Assembly (NCBI GenBank): GCA_028534125.1
Contig: CM052821.1
Location: forward strand, 33,356,001 to 33,420,000
Source of the DNA: Lama glama
Lineage: Eukaryota
Direction of reading: 5' to 3'
Length of the DNA: 64,000 bases
Numbering within the stretch: the first letter of the stretch is position 1; each line of letters begins with the position of its first letter. The translations under genes and the position numbers were made by a program. Shown piece after piece: positions 1 through 10,469 of this stretch. The notes under the pieces were generated by a model that saw nothing but the letters and a program-made list of their open reading frames with translations, searched no databases and was not told the origin of the DNA.

Positions 1-329
1 ATGTGCTACACTGACTCACATCAGGAATGGTTAGTTGTGAAGATTAGAATCTAAGACATACTCTAAGGAAGAGCACAGCATTTACTGGCTGGCTGACTAA
101 TGAAGGCAAAGAAAACCACCAGATGTGAAAGGAGCAGGAAGGAAATGAGCCTAACTTTTGATACTTGACATCTTGTGCGGAAGATAAAATATAAATCTGT
201 GAAGCCCAGAAAAGCCTAGTGGTCAAAATTCAAAACGCAGACCTCAAAATGCAAACTTCAGCAAGGAACAGTGAAGCACAGTGGGCAAGGTCTCCACAAC
301 ATCCTGTGTTATGAGGATGTGGAAATCCT

Positions 330-500
330 TAAGGGTCTGGAGTCAGGCCTCAAATCACCACCCCGCTGTTTGCTACTGTGTGACCTCAGGAAAATTCCTT
401 AATCTCTGTAAATGGGGATAATTTATATGAGTTTCCTGAAGACTGATGGAGATACACATGTATCCATGCCCACCATGTGGTAAATGCTCACTGCATATAT
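330..500 (+). mobile_element. MIR SINE fragment
   Basis: tctggagtcag...ctgtgtgacctcaggaaaattccttaatctctgtaaatggggataat MIR core. Confidence 0.7.
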
Positions 501-839
501 TACTTCTACTGTATCAGTTCAGTGTGGTTAGAGAACAGGGTGTTTAAAAGGGGACCAGTAGAGGGAAGTTAGAAAAGTAACTGGGTATACTCTGTATTTG
601 ACCGTGTTAAACGATTTTGACCCTGGTCTGTAACAGCACCTGCTTTTCCTGACAGTTGAACTGAAATGGATTAAACGGCTTAGGGTAGTTCCTCAGAGGA
701 TTTCTCCTAAGACTAGGGAGTTCCAGGTGGGCTAGGCCTCAAAGGGCATCTTTGGGATGAAAAGGACGCGGGCCATTCTGCAGGTTAGGGGTTCAGAAAT
801 TTAAAAATTAATACCAACAGCCAACGGCACACTAACGTT

Positions 840-1030
840 GTTAGGACACTTCACTTTACCCATTTAATCATCACAGCGATTCAACAAAGCTGATATTTTT
901 ATTATTTTCCTGATGCCAAAGTGGAAGACTGCAGCTTAAAAGAGATAGATGATACAATCAAGGTCGCAAATTCAGGAAGGAGTGGGAACACCATTCAAAC
1001 CCGGGCCGCCCCACTCCAGAGGTCCTTTCT
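840..1030 (-). mobile_element. MIR SINE fragment
   Basis: catttaatcatcacagc...aaggtcgcaaa...attcaaacccgg, antisense MIR. Confidence 0.55.
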
Positions 1031-1339
1031 TCACACCGCACTTCTTAGGTCCGAGCGGTCAGAATGCCATTTTATAAAATGTGCTGAGGGACTGCAGGGT
1101 TCAGAAACATGGGTGAAGCGAAACGTCTGGATCTTCAGGTTTGACAAGTGTTATGACCATCCTCCCAAATTGGTGCCCCAGCTCAGATAACCGCACTTTA
1201 AAAACAGCTAAGTAGAAATGAATTTCCCTCCCTGCCTCTTCTGTTGGAGTTCCTGGGCTGAAAGATGTCACTCTTGTCAGGCCAGCCGCAGGGTATCCTG
1301 CGTCTCCTCGCCTGCAGGTAGGTCCCAGTAACAGGAAGG

Positions 1340-2750
1340 TCTTGGGGAAAGGGACATCTGTTAAAGAGGTGGGAGCGGATCGGAGGCGTCGGCTTCAGCG
1401 CAAGCCTCCTCCAGCTAGAACTGGATGATATCCAGTGAAATATGGGAATTCTGCTCCAAGGGATGCCCAAAAAAGGCGCGAGGAGAGGAGTGCGGCAACC
1501 CCCACCTTCGCCGAACACGCTCCTCCAGGGGCGGCCTGCCTGCAGCAGAGCTCCAAAATTGGCAACCTGGGCCTCGCAGCCACCTTTTTTTAGCCTACAT
1601 TCCCCAAACCAGGGAAGAGGCGGGTGGCTAAAAATGCAAATTGGAGCTGGGGCGGCAGCAGGCAGGCCTGTGGGTGCGGGGCTAGGGGAGACCCCACGAC
1701 CTCAGATGCCCTCCGCTCTATCAGCGGTGGGCGCAGAGCGCCGGGAGGGCGCTGGGGAAAGCCGCTCCCCTCCGAGCCGCTGCCCCCGCTTCCGCCTCCC
1801 CGGCGGCGGGACAATGCGCGGCCTCTTTTCCGCCGGGGGTTAGGGAGGGGCGGCCGGATTAGGGCCCGCGCCTTCCGGCCGCTGCCGCCCCTCCCATCCC
1901 CCAGGCCCCCTGGCCGCGCCGGCCGCACACAGGTGGTTTTCCGCTCGGGAGCGGCAGGCCTCGTCACTTTTATATAACAATAGAGTTCTGCGCGCCGGGA
2001 ATGCGCCTCCCTGCCGCCGCCGCGGCCCCCGCCCGCCACGCCTCCATCCGGCTCCCCGCCCGCCCTGCCCCGCGGTACCCGGGACGAGCGGGGCTGGCTG
2101 GCCTGGCCAGCACCTCCCCCATTACCTGCTTTCTCTGCAGCGCGGCAGACACGTTCCCCAGCACTCCCAGCTCTTCTCTGGAGCTCTTCTCCCGGCAGGC
2201 ACTCCTCCTCCCCCGTCTCCCGCCTTAGGCCGCTCAAAAGCCCAAATCCCGCTCTCGGCCCAGCGTCCGTCCTCCGGGGTCGCCCGACGCCCCTCACGGG
2301 CTGAGCGCGGAGGCCGCCGGTACTAATGAGAAGCGCAACGCGCAGGTGCGGGCGGTGCTCCGCCAGTACCCAGCGACCCGCAGAGGAGGGGGCTGCTGCT
2401 GCAGCAGGGAAGTGGGTAACCCGTCTCGGAAAGTCGGAGTGGGGTGGAAGTCTCCCCTTTGACATGCCTCTCGGTCTACAGTAATCAGTCGCCAAGCCTG
2501 TGAGCCCCCGCAGGGTTCAGGCCTTGCGGGAGGACTGACCCAAGCGGATGGTGGGGCAGCCGGCCCGGTTCTGCGCGCATAGGTGCACCTCGCCGAGACA
2601 GCCCGTCCAGGCCGATTCCTCTGTTGGAAGCTGAGCTTGCTGCCCAGAAATGATTAACGAGCGCGAACCCCCAGCGCGCAGTGGGTGACGGCGGCGGGGG
2701 TAGTTTTGGTCCCCGGAACAATGGCTCCTAACGCCCCAGGCCGTCGCAGA
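1340..2750. promoter_or_regulatory. Upstream CpG island (distal promoter/enhancer of DUSP6)
   Basis: Very high GC and CpG density with several GC boxes (CCCCGCCC), an octamer ATGCAAAT at 1634 and a TATA-like element at 1967-1976. Confidence 0.8.
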
Positions 2751-3560
2751 GGAATAAAAGCATTGGACTGCCCAACGAGTTTGTTTCTGCAGCCTTCACT
2801 GTTTAAAAAAAATAATTAATTAAAAAGCTATTTTTAAAAAAGCTTGCTACCTATTATCTGGACAACCAAACATTTGTTTCTTNNNNNNNNNNNNNNNNNN
2901 NNNNNNNNNNNNNNNNNNNNNNNNNNNNNNNNNNNNNNNNNNNNNNNNNNNNNNNNNNNNNNNNNNNNNNNNNNNNNNNNNNNNNNNNNNNNNNNNNNNN
3001 NNNNNNNNNNNNNNNNNNNNNNNNNNNNNNNNNNNNNNAAACTGGCAAACAAATGCCACACACTGCCTAAGGGGGAAGGGGGCGGTTAAAGTGAACTCCA
3101 GTCCAAATGAGTTTAAAGGGAATAAAAAGGGAAAAAGTCAGCACACGTTTCCCTAAAGCTAGCTTGCGCGCACAGGCGTCGCGAACAAGGGCTTTTGTGC
3201 CTGCTANNNNNNNNNNNNNNNNNNNNNNNNNNNNNNNNNNNNNNNNNNNNNNNNNNNNNNNNNNNNNNNNNNNNNNNNNNNNNNNNNNNNNNNNNNNNNN
3301 NNNNNNNNNNNNNNNNNNNNNNNNNNNNNNNNNNNNNNNNNNNNNNNNNNNNNNNNNNNNNNNNNNNNNNNNNNNNNNNNNNNNNNNNNNNNNNNNNNNN
3401 NNNNNNNNNNNNNNNNNNNNNNNNNNNNNNNNNNNNNNNNNNNNNNNNNNNNNNNNNNNNNNNNNNNNNNNNNNNNNNNNNNNNNNNNNNNNNNNNNNNN
3501 NNNNNNGGCCTGGAGAATGTATCCATTGAGACGCTCGCTGTTTGTATCCATTGAGGAGCT
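2750..3560 (+). promoter_or_regulatory. DUSP6 proximal promoter (largely gapped)
   Basis: Directly upstream of the leader. Forkhead-like GCAAACA at 3045-3051. Gaps 2883-3038 and 3207-3506 hide much of it. Confidence 0.65.
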
Positions 3561-4014
3561 GCCTCGCGCAGGGGGTGTGCGAGTGCTGAGTCCAAGGGAG
3601 AGTGAGCAAATCGAGGCTTGAATAATCCGAGAAAGACGCCCGGGTGGATTTGAGGCGCAGCCTTGGAGGGAGGGATTAGAAGCCGCTGGACTGTTTTTTT
3701 TTTTTCCTCCCATCTCAGTAGCACGGAGTCCGAATTAATTGGATTTCATTCACCGGGGAGGAATAAAACTGTCTGGGCAGCTTCATTCAGAGAGATTCAT
3801 TGACACCAAGAGCGAGCGGCTGCAGCCAGGTGCAGAGGGAACCGCCGGCTTCACTTCTGGTCTCTCTTGCCCCAACCGCTCACCCGGTTTGGGAAGGGCG
3901 AGGTGGAATTAAAACCCATCTCCGAGAGCGGCGGCTTCTCGNNNNNNNNNNNNNNNNNNNNNNNNNNNNNNNNNNNNNNNNNNNNNNNNNNNNNNNNNNN
4001 NNNNNNNNNNNNNN
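3520..4014 (+). other. DUSP6: DUSP6 5'UTR (exon 1 non-coding part), TSS region approximate
   Basis: Resembles the human DUSP6 mRNA leader as I recall it (attgagacgctcgctgtttgtatccattgaggagctgcc...). No ATG in the visible part 3521-3941. Confidence 0.75.
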
Positions 4015-4414
4015 NNNNNNNNNNNNNNNNNNNNNNNNNNNNNNNNNNNNNNNNNNNNNNNNNNNNNNNNNNNNNNNNNNNNNNNNNNNNNNNNNNNNNN
4101 NNNNNNNNNNNNNNNNNNNNNNNNNNNNNGCCGGCCGCAGGAGCTGTACGAGTCATCGCACATCGAGTCAGCAATCAACGTGGCCATCCCGGGCATCATG
4201 CTACGGCGCTTGCAGAAGGGCAATCTGCCGGTGCGCGCGCTCTTCACGCGCGGCGAGGACCGGGACCGCTTCACCCGGCGCTGCGGCACCGACACCGTGG
4301 TGCTCTACGACGAGAGTAGCAGCGACTGGAACGAGAATACCGGCGGCGAGTCGGTGCTCGGGCTGTTGCTCAAGAAGCTCAAGGACGAGGGCTGCCGGGC
4401 GTTCTACCTGGAAG
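4015..4414 (+). CDS. DUSP6: DUSP6 coding exon 1 (rhodanese/Cdc25-like ERK-binding domain); start inferred inside N-gap 3942-4129, visible from 4130
   Basis: After the gap the frame reads (C)[38 protein letters not shown]...EGCRAFYLE, matching DUSP6 residues 39-133 including the KIM arginines R64/R65. Donor GAAG|GTACGT at 4414/4415. Counting back 38 codons puts the ATG at 4015. Confidence 0.93.
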
Positions 4415-5023
4415 GTACGTGCCGGGGGAGCCCCGCTCGGGGCAGGGCGCGGGACACGAGGCTGCGGGCTGCAGGCGGGGCACGCGGACTGCAAGCGCCC
4501 CTGCTGCGCTTGGCTGGCGCTTCTGAGCCGCGCTGCTGCGCCAGGGGCTGTCTACCCGCTCCAGGCTGCGAACCTCACTTGCCCCGCACCGCGAGTGGGG
4601 CCCGAGCAGAATCGACCGGCTTCCGGCCACAGGCACGGGCAGTTTCTAACTAGCTCTCCTTCCTACCCGGAATATCCTTCACCTCTCCCTGCTTTCTATC
4701 TTTAGATTTTGAATTCAGATTTGCAGGACGGCAGAGGTCGTTGGGGTGCACATTGGCACCTTCCAACCCCTTAAAATATTCAGCAAAGTTGCCATTTTGT
4801 GCATTTCCGGATTAAAAAGAATGAAGGTTCCCAGGGGAGGCGGGCCCATTCGTCCTATTCGCAAAGGTGCAGATTTAAGTGTCTTTCCCTTATATTTGGC
4901 TTGGGGCGGGGGGAGCGGTTGGTAGAGCGCTGTGGTGTGTTTCTGCGCCCGGCTGCGGCTCTCAAAGCTGTGAAAACTACTGCGGGATCTCGGGTTACAT
5001 GATTGCTTTTCTCGTTCTGGCAG

Positions 5024-5461
5024 GTGGTTTCAGTAAGTTCCAAGCCGAGTTCGCCCTGCATTGCGAGACCAATCTAGACGGCTCGTGTAGCAGCAGCTCG
5101 CCACCGTTGCCAGTGCTGGGGCTCGGGGGCCTGCGGATCAGCTCCGACTCCTCCTCGGACATTGAGTCTGACCTTGACCGAGACCCCAATAGTGCAACGG
5201 ACTCGGATGGCAGCCCGCTGTCCAACAGCCAGCCTTCTTTCCCCGTGGAGATCTTGCCCTTCCTCTACTTGGGCTGTGCCAAGGACTCCACCAACCTGGA
5301 CGTGTTGGAGGAGTTTGGCATCAAGTACATCTTGAATGTCACCCCCAATTTACCAAATCTCTTTGAGAACGCAGGAGAGTTCAAATACAAGCAGATCCCC
5401 ATCTCGGATCATTGGAGCCAAAACCTGTCCCAGTTTTTCCCTGAAGCCATTTCTTTCATAG
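5024..5461 (+). CDS. DUSP6: DUSP6 coding exon 2 (linker with NES, ERK phosphosites, start of phosphatase domain), 438 nt, phase 1-1
   Basis: Acceptor ttctggcag|GT at 5023/5024, donor ATAG|GTGAGA at 5461/5462. Translation [20 protein letters not shown]...[21 protein letters not shown]. Confidence 0.98.
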
Positions 5462-6491
5462 GTGAGACTAATTAACAGTCCCCTTTCAGACTTTTAAGTG
5501 TAAAATTCCTAACCATTCCTAGAGTCTAAACTGTTAACCTTTCTTGTTGCTTGCTAATTTGTCAGACTGCAGGTTTCTAATGTTCCAAGGGCATTCTTAA
5601 TTCTGTTTTATCTTCTTCCTAAGGAAATGTGTCTTTGGACAAGGCTGCAGACCACAGGTGTATTTGAAATGCTGTCTGCTTCTTAACTCTGAATGCAGTC
5701 ATTTGAAAGGGAGACCATTCATAAGTAGACAACAGAATTTTCCTACAATCTGTGGACTAGGGGAAGGCCAGAGAGACGTGCTCGTGGTAGACAGGAATTC
5801 TAGCATGGCTTTGTAATTTTTAAAAGCCCTGGGAGTTGTTTTAGGACACCAAGTTAGTTGTTGGAAAGCCCTGTGAATGCTAGATGTTGTAATTCAGTTG
5901 AATGCTACTGTGATACCGGTGAACAGTGAGACAGTGAGGGTAACCTGAGCCCAGCAGGAAGGACTGTGGGCTGANNNNNNNNNNNNNNNNNNNNNNNNNN
6001 NNNNNNNNNNNNNNNNNNNNNNNNNNNNNNNNNNNNNNNNNNNNNNNNNNNNNNNNNNNNNNNNNNNNNNNNNNNNNNNNNNNNNNNNNNNNNNNNNNNN
6101 NNNNNNNNNNNNNNNNNNNNNNNNNNNNNNNNNNNNNNNNNNNNNNTAATTTAATAGACCCTTGCAGTCTGCTTGTCTGTATAAAAGGCATTCACGACCA
6201 TATTGCAGGGCTTCTGGTATTCACATGCTGAGGCAAAGAATGCACACATTAAGGAGTTTTTTGCTGGCAGAAACTTAATACAAAAGCTCCCTTTTCAGAA
6301 AATATCTGAAATATGTAATTGTGCCCAGTGTCCATGTTTTATCACAGTGATACATTTTCTGATGCCTGCAGGGTTCAACTGCTGCACACGATTATTTTTT
6401 ATCTTTTTATTATTATTCAGTTTTCAGACTGATTATTCACAAAGGGTGGTTTTCAGTCTACTGACATTTTGCCTTTCTTGTGTGTTTTCAG

Positions 6492-6799
6492 ATGAAGCTC
6501 GGGGCAAAAATTGTGGTGTCTTGGTGCACTGCTTGGCTGGCATCAGCCGCTCGGTCACTGTGACTGTGGCTTATCTTATGCAGAAGCTCAATCTGTCCAT
6601 GAATGATGCTTATGACATTGTGAAGATGAAGAAATCCAACATCTCCCCCAACTTCAACTTCATGGGCCAGCTGCTGGACTTCGAGAGGACGCTGGGACTC
6701 AGCAGCCCCTGTGACAACCGCGTCCCGGCACAGCAGCTCTATTTCACCACCCCCTCCAACCAGAACGTCTACCAGGTGGACTCCCTGCAATCCACGTGA
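6492..6799 (+). CDS. DUSP6: DUSP6 coding exon 3 (catalytic HCLAGISRS motif) to TGA stop
   Basis: Acceptor tgtgttttcag|AT at 6491/6492. Reads [24 protein letters not shown]...QVDSLQST*. Exon lengths 400+438+308 = 1146 nt = 381 aa plus stop. Confidence 0.98.
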
Positions 6800-7990
6800 A
6801 AGGCTCCCCACTGGGATGTGTCCGCTCCTTTAGCAGTCTCTTAGCAGCATCAGCTGGGCTGCTTTCTTTGTATGTGGCCCCAGGTGTCCACATGACACCA
6901 GCTGTCTGTATTAGACAAGGTTACCACGTGTGGAGTTGGTTACCACGAAGGGAGAGATGTGCTCCATTGCTGGAAGAACAGGACATGCTGCACAGATACA
7001 GGCAGAGTACGTTTGCTCCACACTCCTGTGTACAGCCTACCCCAGCAGGGACTGGAATTCGAGGCCTTCCAGGTATATAGGGTAGGACCAAATGGTAGGG
7101 TTAGGAGCATGTGTTCTTTAGGGCCTTGTATGACTGTTTCCTTTTGCATCTGGAACTGACTCTACATTGTCTTCAGTGAAGACTGATTCAACTTTGCATA
7201 CCGAGGAGCCAAAGAGAGGTTTCAGCTCTGTATCTGTAGTATCAGTTGGCAAAAAATAAAAAGAAATAATGAATCAATCAAGTGAATCTGATACTCCATT
7301 TGATTATTGTAAATATTTGATTTTAAATCACTTGACGTGTTTGTTTGAATTGTGTTTGTTTTTTCTTTCATGGGTTTAAAAGAAATCATCCAAAGGGAGA
7401 AAGAGCAAGTATGCCACTTTTTAACAAAAAAATAGAAACTTTCACTCTTTTGTAATCCAAAGGAGATATCTGCAGCAAGCTTGACTTTACCGATTCTGAA
7501 CGAGATTTTCATGGACATTTATATTACAGAGACCTTGTTATGGTGCAGTCTTCAGTCTATTCCTATATCTTCCTTGTGATTTTTTTTTCTTTTAATGTAG
7601 TTTGACTATGCCTTACCTTTGTAAATATTTTGGCTTGTATTGTCTCAGAGGGGATATCTTGGAAGGACACCAAAACAATGGCTCACTTTTTTTCTTTTTA
7701 AACTTCAGCTGTGCTAAACAGTGTATTACCTCTGTACAAAATTCTTCAGGGAGTGTCACCTCAAATGCAATATTTTAGGTTGGTTTCTTTCCTTTTTCAG
7801 AACAATGTGTGCGAAACTGGAAGTGTGTGTGTGCGTACAGGCACCCCGTCGACAGGCGAAAGGCATATGATTGTGAAGGAGGGAGACTTAAGTGGCTCCA
7901 TTATATTCACGGTGTAAAGTTTTGAGCTGAAACTTATTATAAGAATGTAAAACCTTAAATTATTAATAAATAACTATTTTGGCTATCAAA
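6800..7990 (+). other. DUSP6: DUSP6 3'UTR
   Basis: Follows the stop codon, is AU-rich and repeat-free, and ends just after AATAAA at 7965-7970 with a U/GU-rich downstream element. Confidence 0.8.
7965..7970 (+). terminator. Main polyadenylation signal AATAAA of DUSP6
   Basis: AATAAA with upstream TGTA (7946) and downstream tgtgtatttc. Confidence 0.75.
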
Positions 7991-10469
7991 TGTGTATTTC
8001 TTAAAATTCTCTCCTTAATTGTACTTAACATAGGAAGGGACACATTTTAGGACTTCCTCAGTTGGGGACTGATGTTGGCCTGTAAAATACCTGTAGGAAT
8101 AAATAGCAGGGCAGAGTTCTCATCTTTTAAACTCCCAAGAATTTTTCAGGTACAGTCTATGAAATTAATCTTTTGCTTTGAATAAAAATGACAGAAGGGA
8201 TTGACTTTCTCCCTCGTGGACATCTAGTTCAGATTAGCATCTAGTTCTGGCTTATTTAAGAAAATTGAATTCCTCTTGAAGAATGAAGCCATAGAGCACA
8301 GCTTGCTGAAGTGTAAGATTTGGATATTCATGAACAGTCACAAAGAGGGCACCAGAATAACAAGGTGACTGTCAGTGTTAGCCTCTCCTTCCCTGTGGGC
8401 ATCTTCTGCTCAATAATACTTAGACACGCCAAGGAGAAAGTAGAGCTAATTCTTCTTCGGGTTGGTAAGTGACAGTTGTACCTGCAAATTATCCTACTGT
8501 TGGAACAACAAATAAATCAGGAATGGTGTCTCCCCTTTCCTTTCTCATGTACAGGGCAAGGCATAGCTAAGCTTTCTCACTGAGCCTGGATGTGGTTACC
8601 GTTTCACGCTGGCTCTTGAAGCATTGTCACTCCGGTTCTTATGTGCTTCGCACTTAACTGGTTTAGAATGTGGGCCAGAAACCCCTACTGAACTTGATGT
8701 TGAGGTTATTTTGAACAGTTTTCTTTCTAGGTGAAGGCTTAATAGCCTGTCATTTTCCTGGGAACATCCCTCTCCTTGTCCTGAGTGTCTAAATACACAA
8801 GTCAAAATAAAAATAAAGGGCAGGTGTATGAAATCAAAAGAACAAGATCATACCTACATTATGAGCCCTTTTTGAATGAGCTTAGTCCCTTTATCTATAG
8901 GAGGGGAGAAAGATGGGCTTTCCACCCACACAGTCCATGTGAGATGCCAGTTGGATTGTTTGGTAGGAGGCAAGTGCCCTGATTCTCTGCAATCATACCA
9001 AGCTGTACAGAGTGACTTTTAGCAACTAAACATGTATGAAAGGCAAACAGTAACAGTGCAGAAAAATACTGAAGTCAGTCTCCCATTTGGGTGCCCTAAG
9101 TCAGCCGAAGCTCCGAAAGGAGAAGTGGGTTGCAGTTCAACTTGGCTCCTGTTAATCCAGTTCTGAACGGTTTCCGCTCCTGGCATTCCCTAAACTGCCT
9201 CTTCAAAGTAGGGATTTGCAAGCAGCCTTAGCAATTTCCTGTCCAGCTGCAGCTCAAGTAGCTGTGTGCTTCCCCCCGCCCCCAAACCCGTCGCCCCTTT
9301 TCTCTGATTGCTCTCTCTTTTCTTTTTCCTTCTTTTTTCTTTAATATGGGTGGTGGATAATTTTAGTGCATTTCCTCTTTGTGGATTCTCATCTCCTTTC
9401 CTCCTAGAACCTGCAGGCAGTGAGTTCCTACTGCTCTGCTCCAGCCGACAGCTGGCCTCCCCGGCACTTCCTNNNNNNNNNNNNNNNNNNNNNNNNNNNN
9501 NNNNNNNNNNNNNNNNNNNNNNNNNNNNNNNNNNNNNNNNNNNNNNNNNNNNNNNNNNNNNNNNNNNNNNNNNNNNNNNNNNNNNNNNNNNNNNNNNNNN
9601 NNNNAGTGTGCGCTGAACCTGCGGAGGGAGCATAATTGAGCCTGGCCCATTCAGCAAGTGTCTGCCAGCGGCTAAGGGAGAAGGAGCTCCCAGCATTTCA
9701 GCAGCTCAAGCTGTGAAAAAAAATTGTTTCCAATAAATTGGTAGCAAATGGTCTTTGTCATCAATCTGAATAAAACAGGGAGCAAGCAAGAGTTTAGGGC
9801 CCCCATAAAGTTGCCATGTTTGGGATTGCTCCCCCCTCCCCACCACCAACCTGGCATCTTGTTTCATAAGACTGGTGAACAGAGGGGTGCCGCCTCCCTT
9901 CTGTTGCCACAAAGGGACTCATGGTGAAATGGGGGAGGAGAGGGGTTATGGTTCACACAGGCCAGAAGATTCAAAGAGCGATTCTGTCTTTCCTTTTCTT
10001 CTATGGAAGGTGGAAGGTTGTAACTGACAGCATGGGCCCCCACCTCGCCCTGCGCCTCCCTTTCTCTCCGCTATCCCTCTCCATTCCTTTGGTTCCTTTG
10101 TGCTCGAAGGAACCGGGGGAAGGCGATCGTTTTGCATCTTGAAGTTGGGCTCACTTCCTGAATGGAGCCCTGCACGGTTACTAAGGCAACCTTTGCCAGC
10201 AGCTGCGGCTCCCCGGCCTCCCTCCTTACCTGCTGTCCCCATTAGTGGCTTCCTCAGGTCTCTGAGAAAGTGTTACCTTTCCTGGCTTTCTGCATGGGGT
10301 TGGGGGGTGCGGGTGGATCTTTCCAAGCTGCCGATTTTGGGGGGCTGCAAGAGACAGAAAAATGTGCAGCTTAGTAGTAGAAACTGGTCTTAGAGTTAAA
10401 ATCAGACTGAGAAAGGGTTATCTGGGGATAGAAATACCAGCACAGCCTTCAAAGCAGTGGAAACGGAGA

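Larger units (their letters stand above)
3520..5230. promoter_or_regulatory. CpG island over exon 1, intron 1 and exon 2, with intronic ETS/YY1 motifs
   Basis: CpG-rich. CTTCCGG at 4620, CCGGAAT at 4667, GCCATTTT at 4791, ATTTCCGG at 4803. Confidence 0.7.

Noticed and set aside
1590-2495. 301-aa minus-strand ORF and other overlapping ORFs in the CpG island
   Set aside because: Composition is rich in G/R/A/P, as expected from stop-poor GC-rich DNA. No domain similarity, and several frames are open at once.
2834-4705. Long ORFs containing X runs
   Set aside because: Artefacts of reading through N-gaps. Only the DUSP6 frame is supported.
4879-5023. N-terminal extension of the 198-aa ORF ahead of exon 2 (and 6203-6491 ahead of exon 3)
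   Set aside because: Intronic read-through upstream of canonical acceptors, with non-ATG starts.
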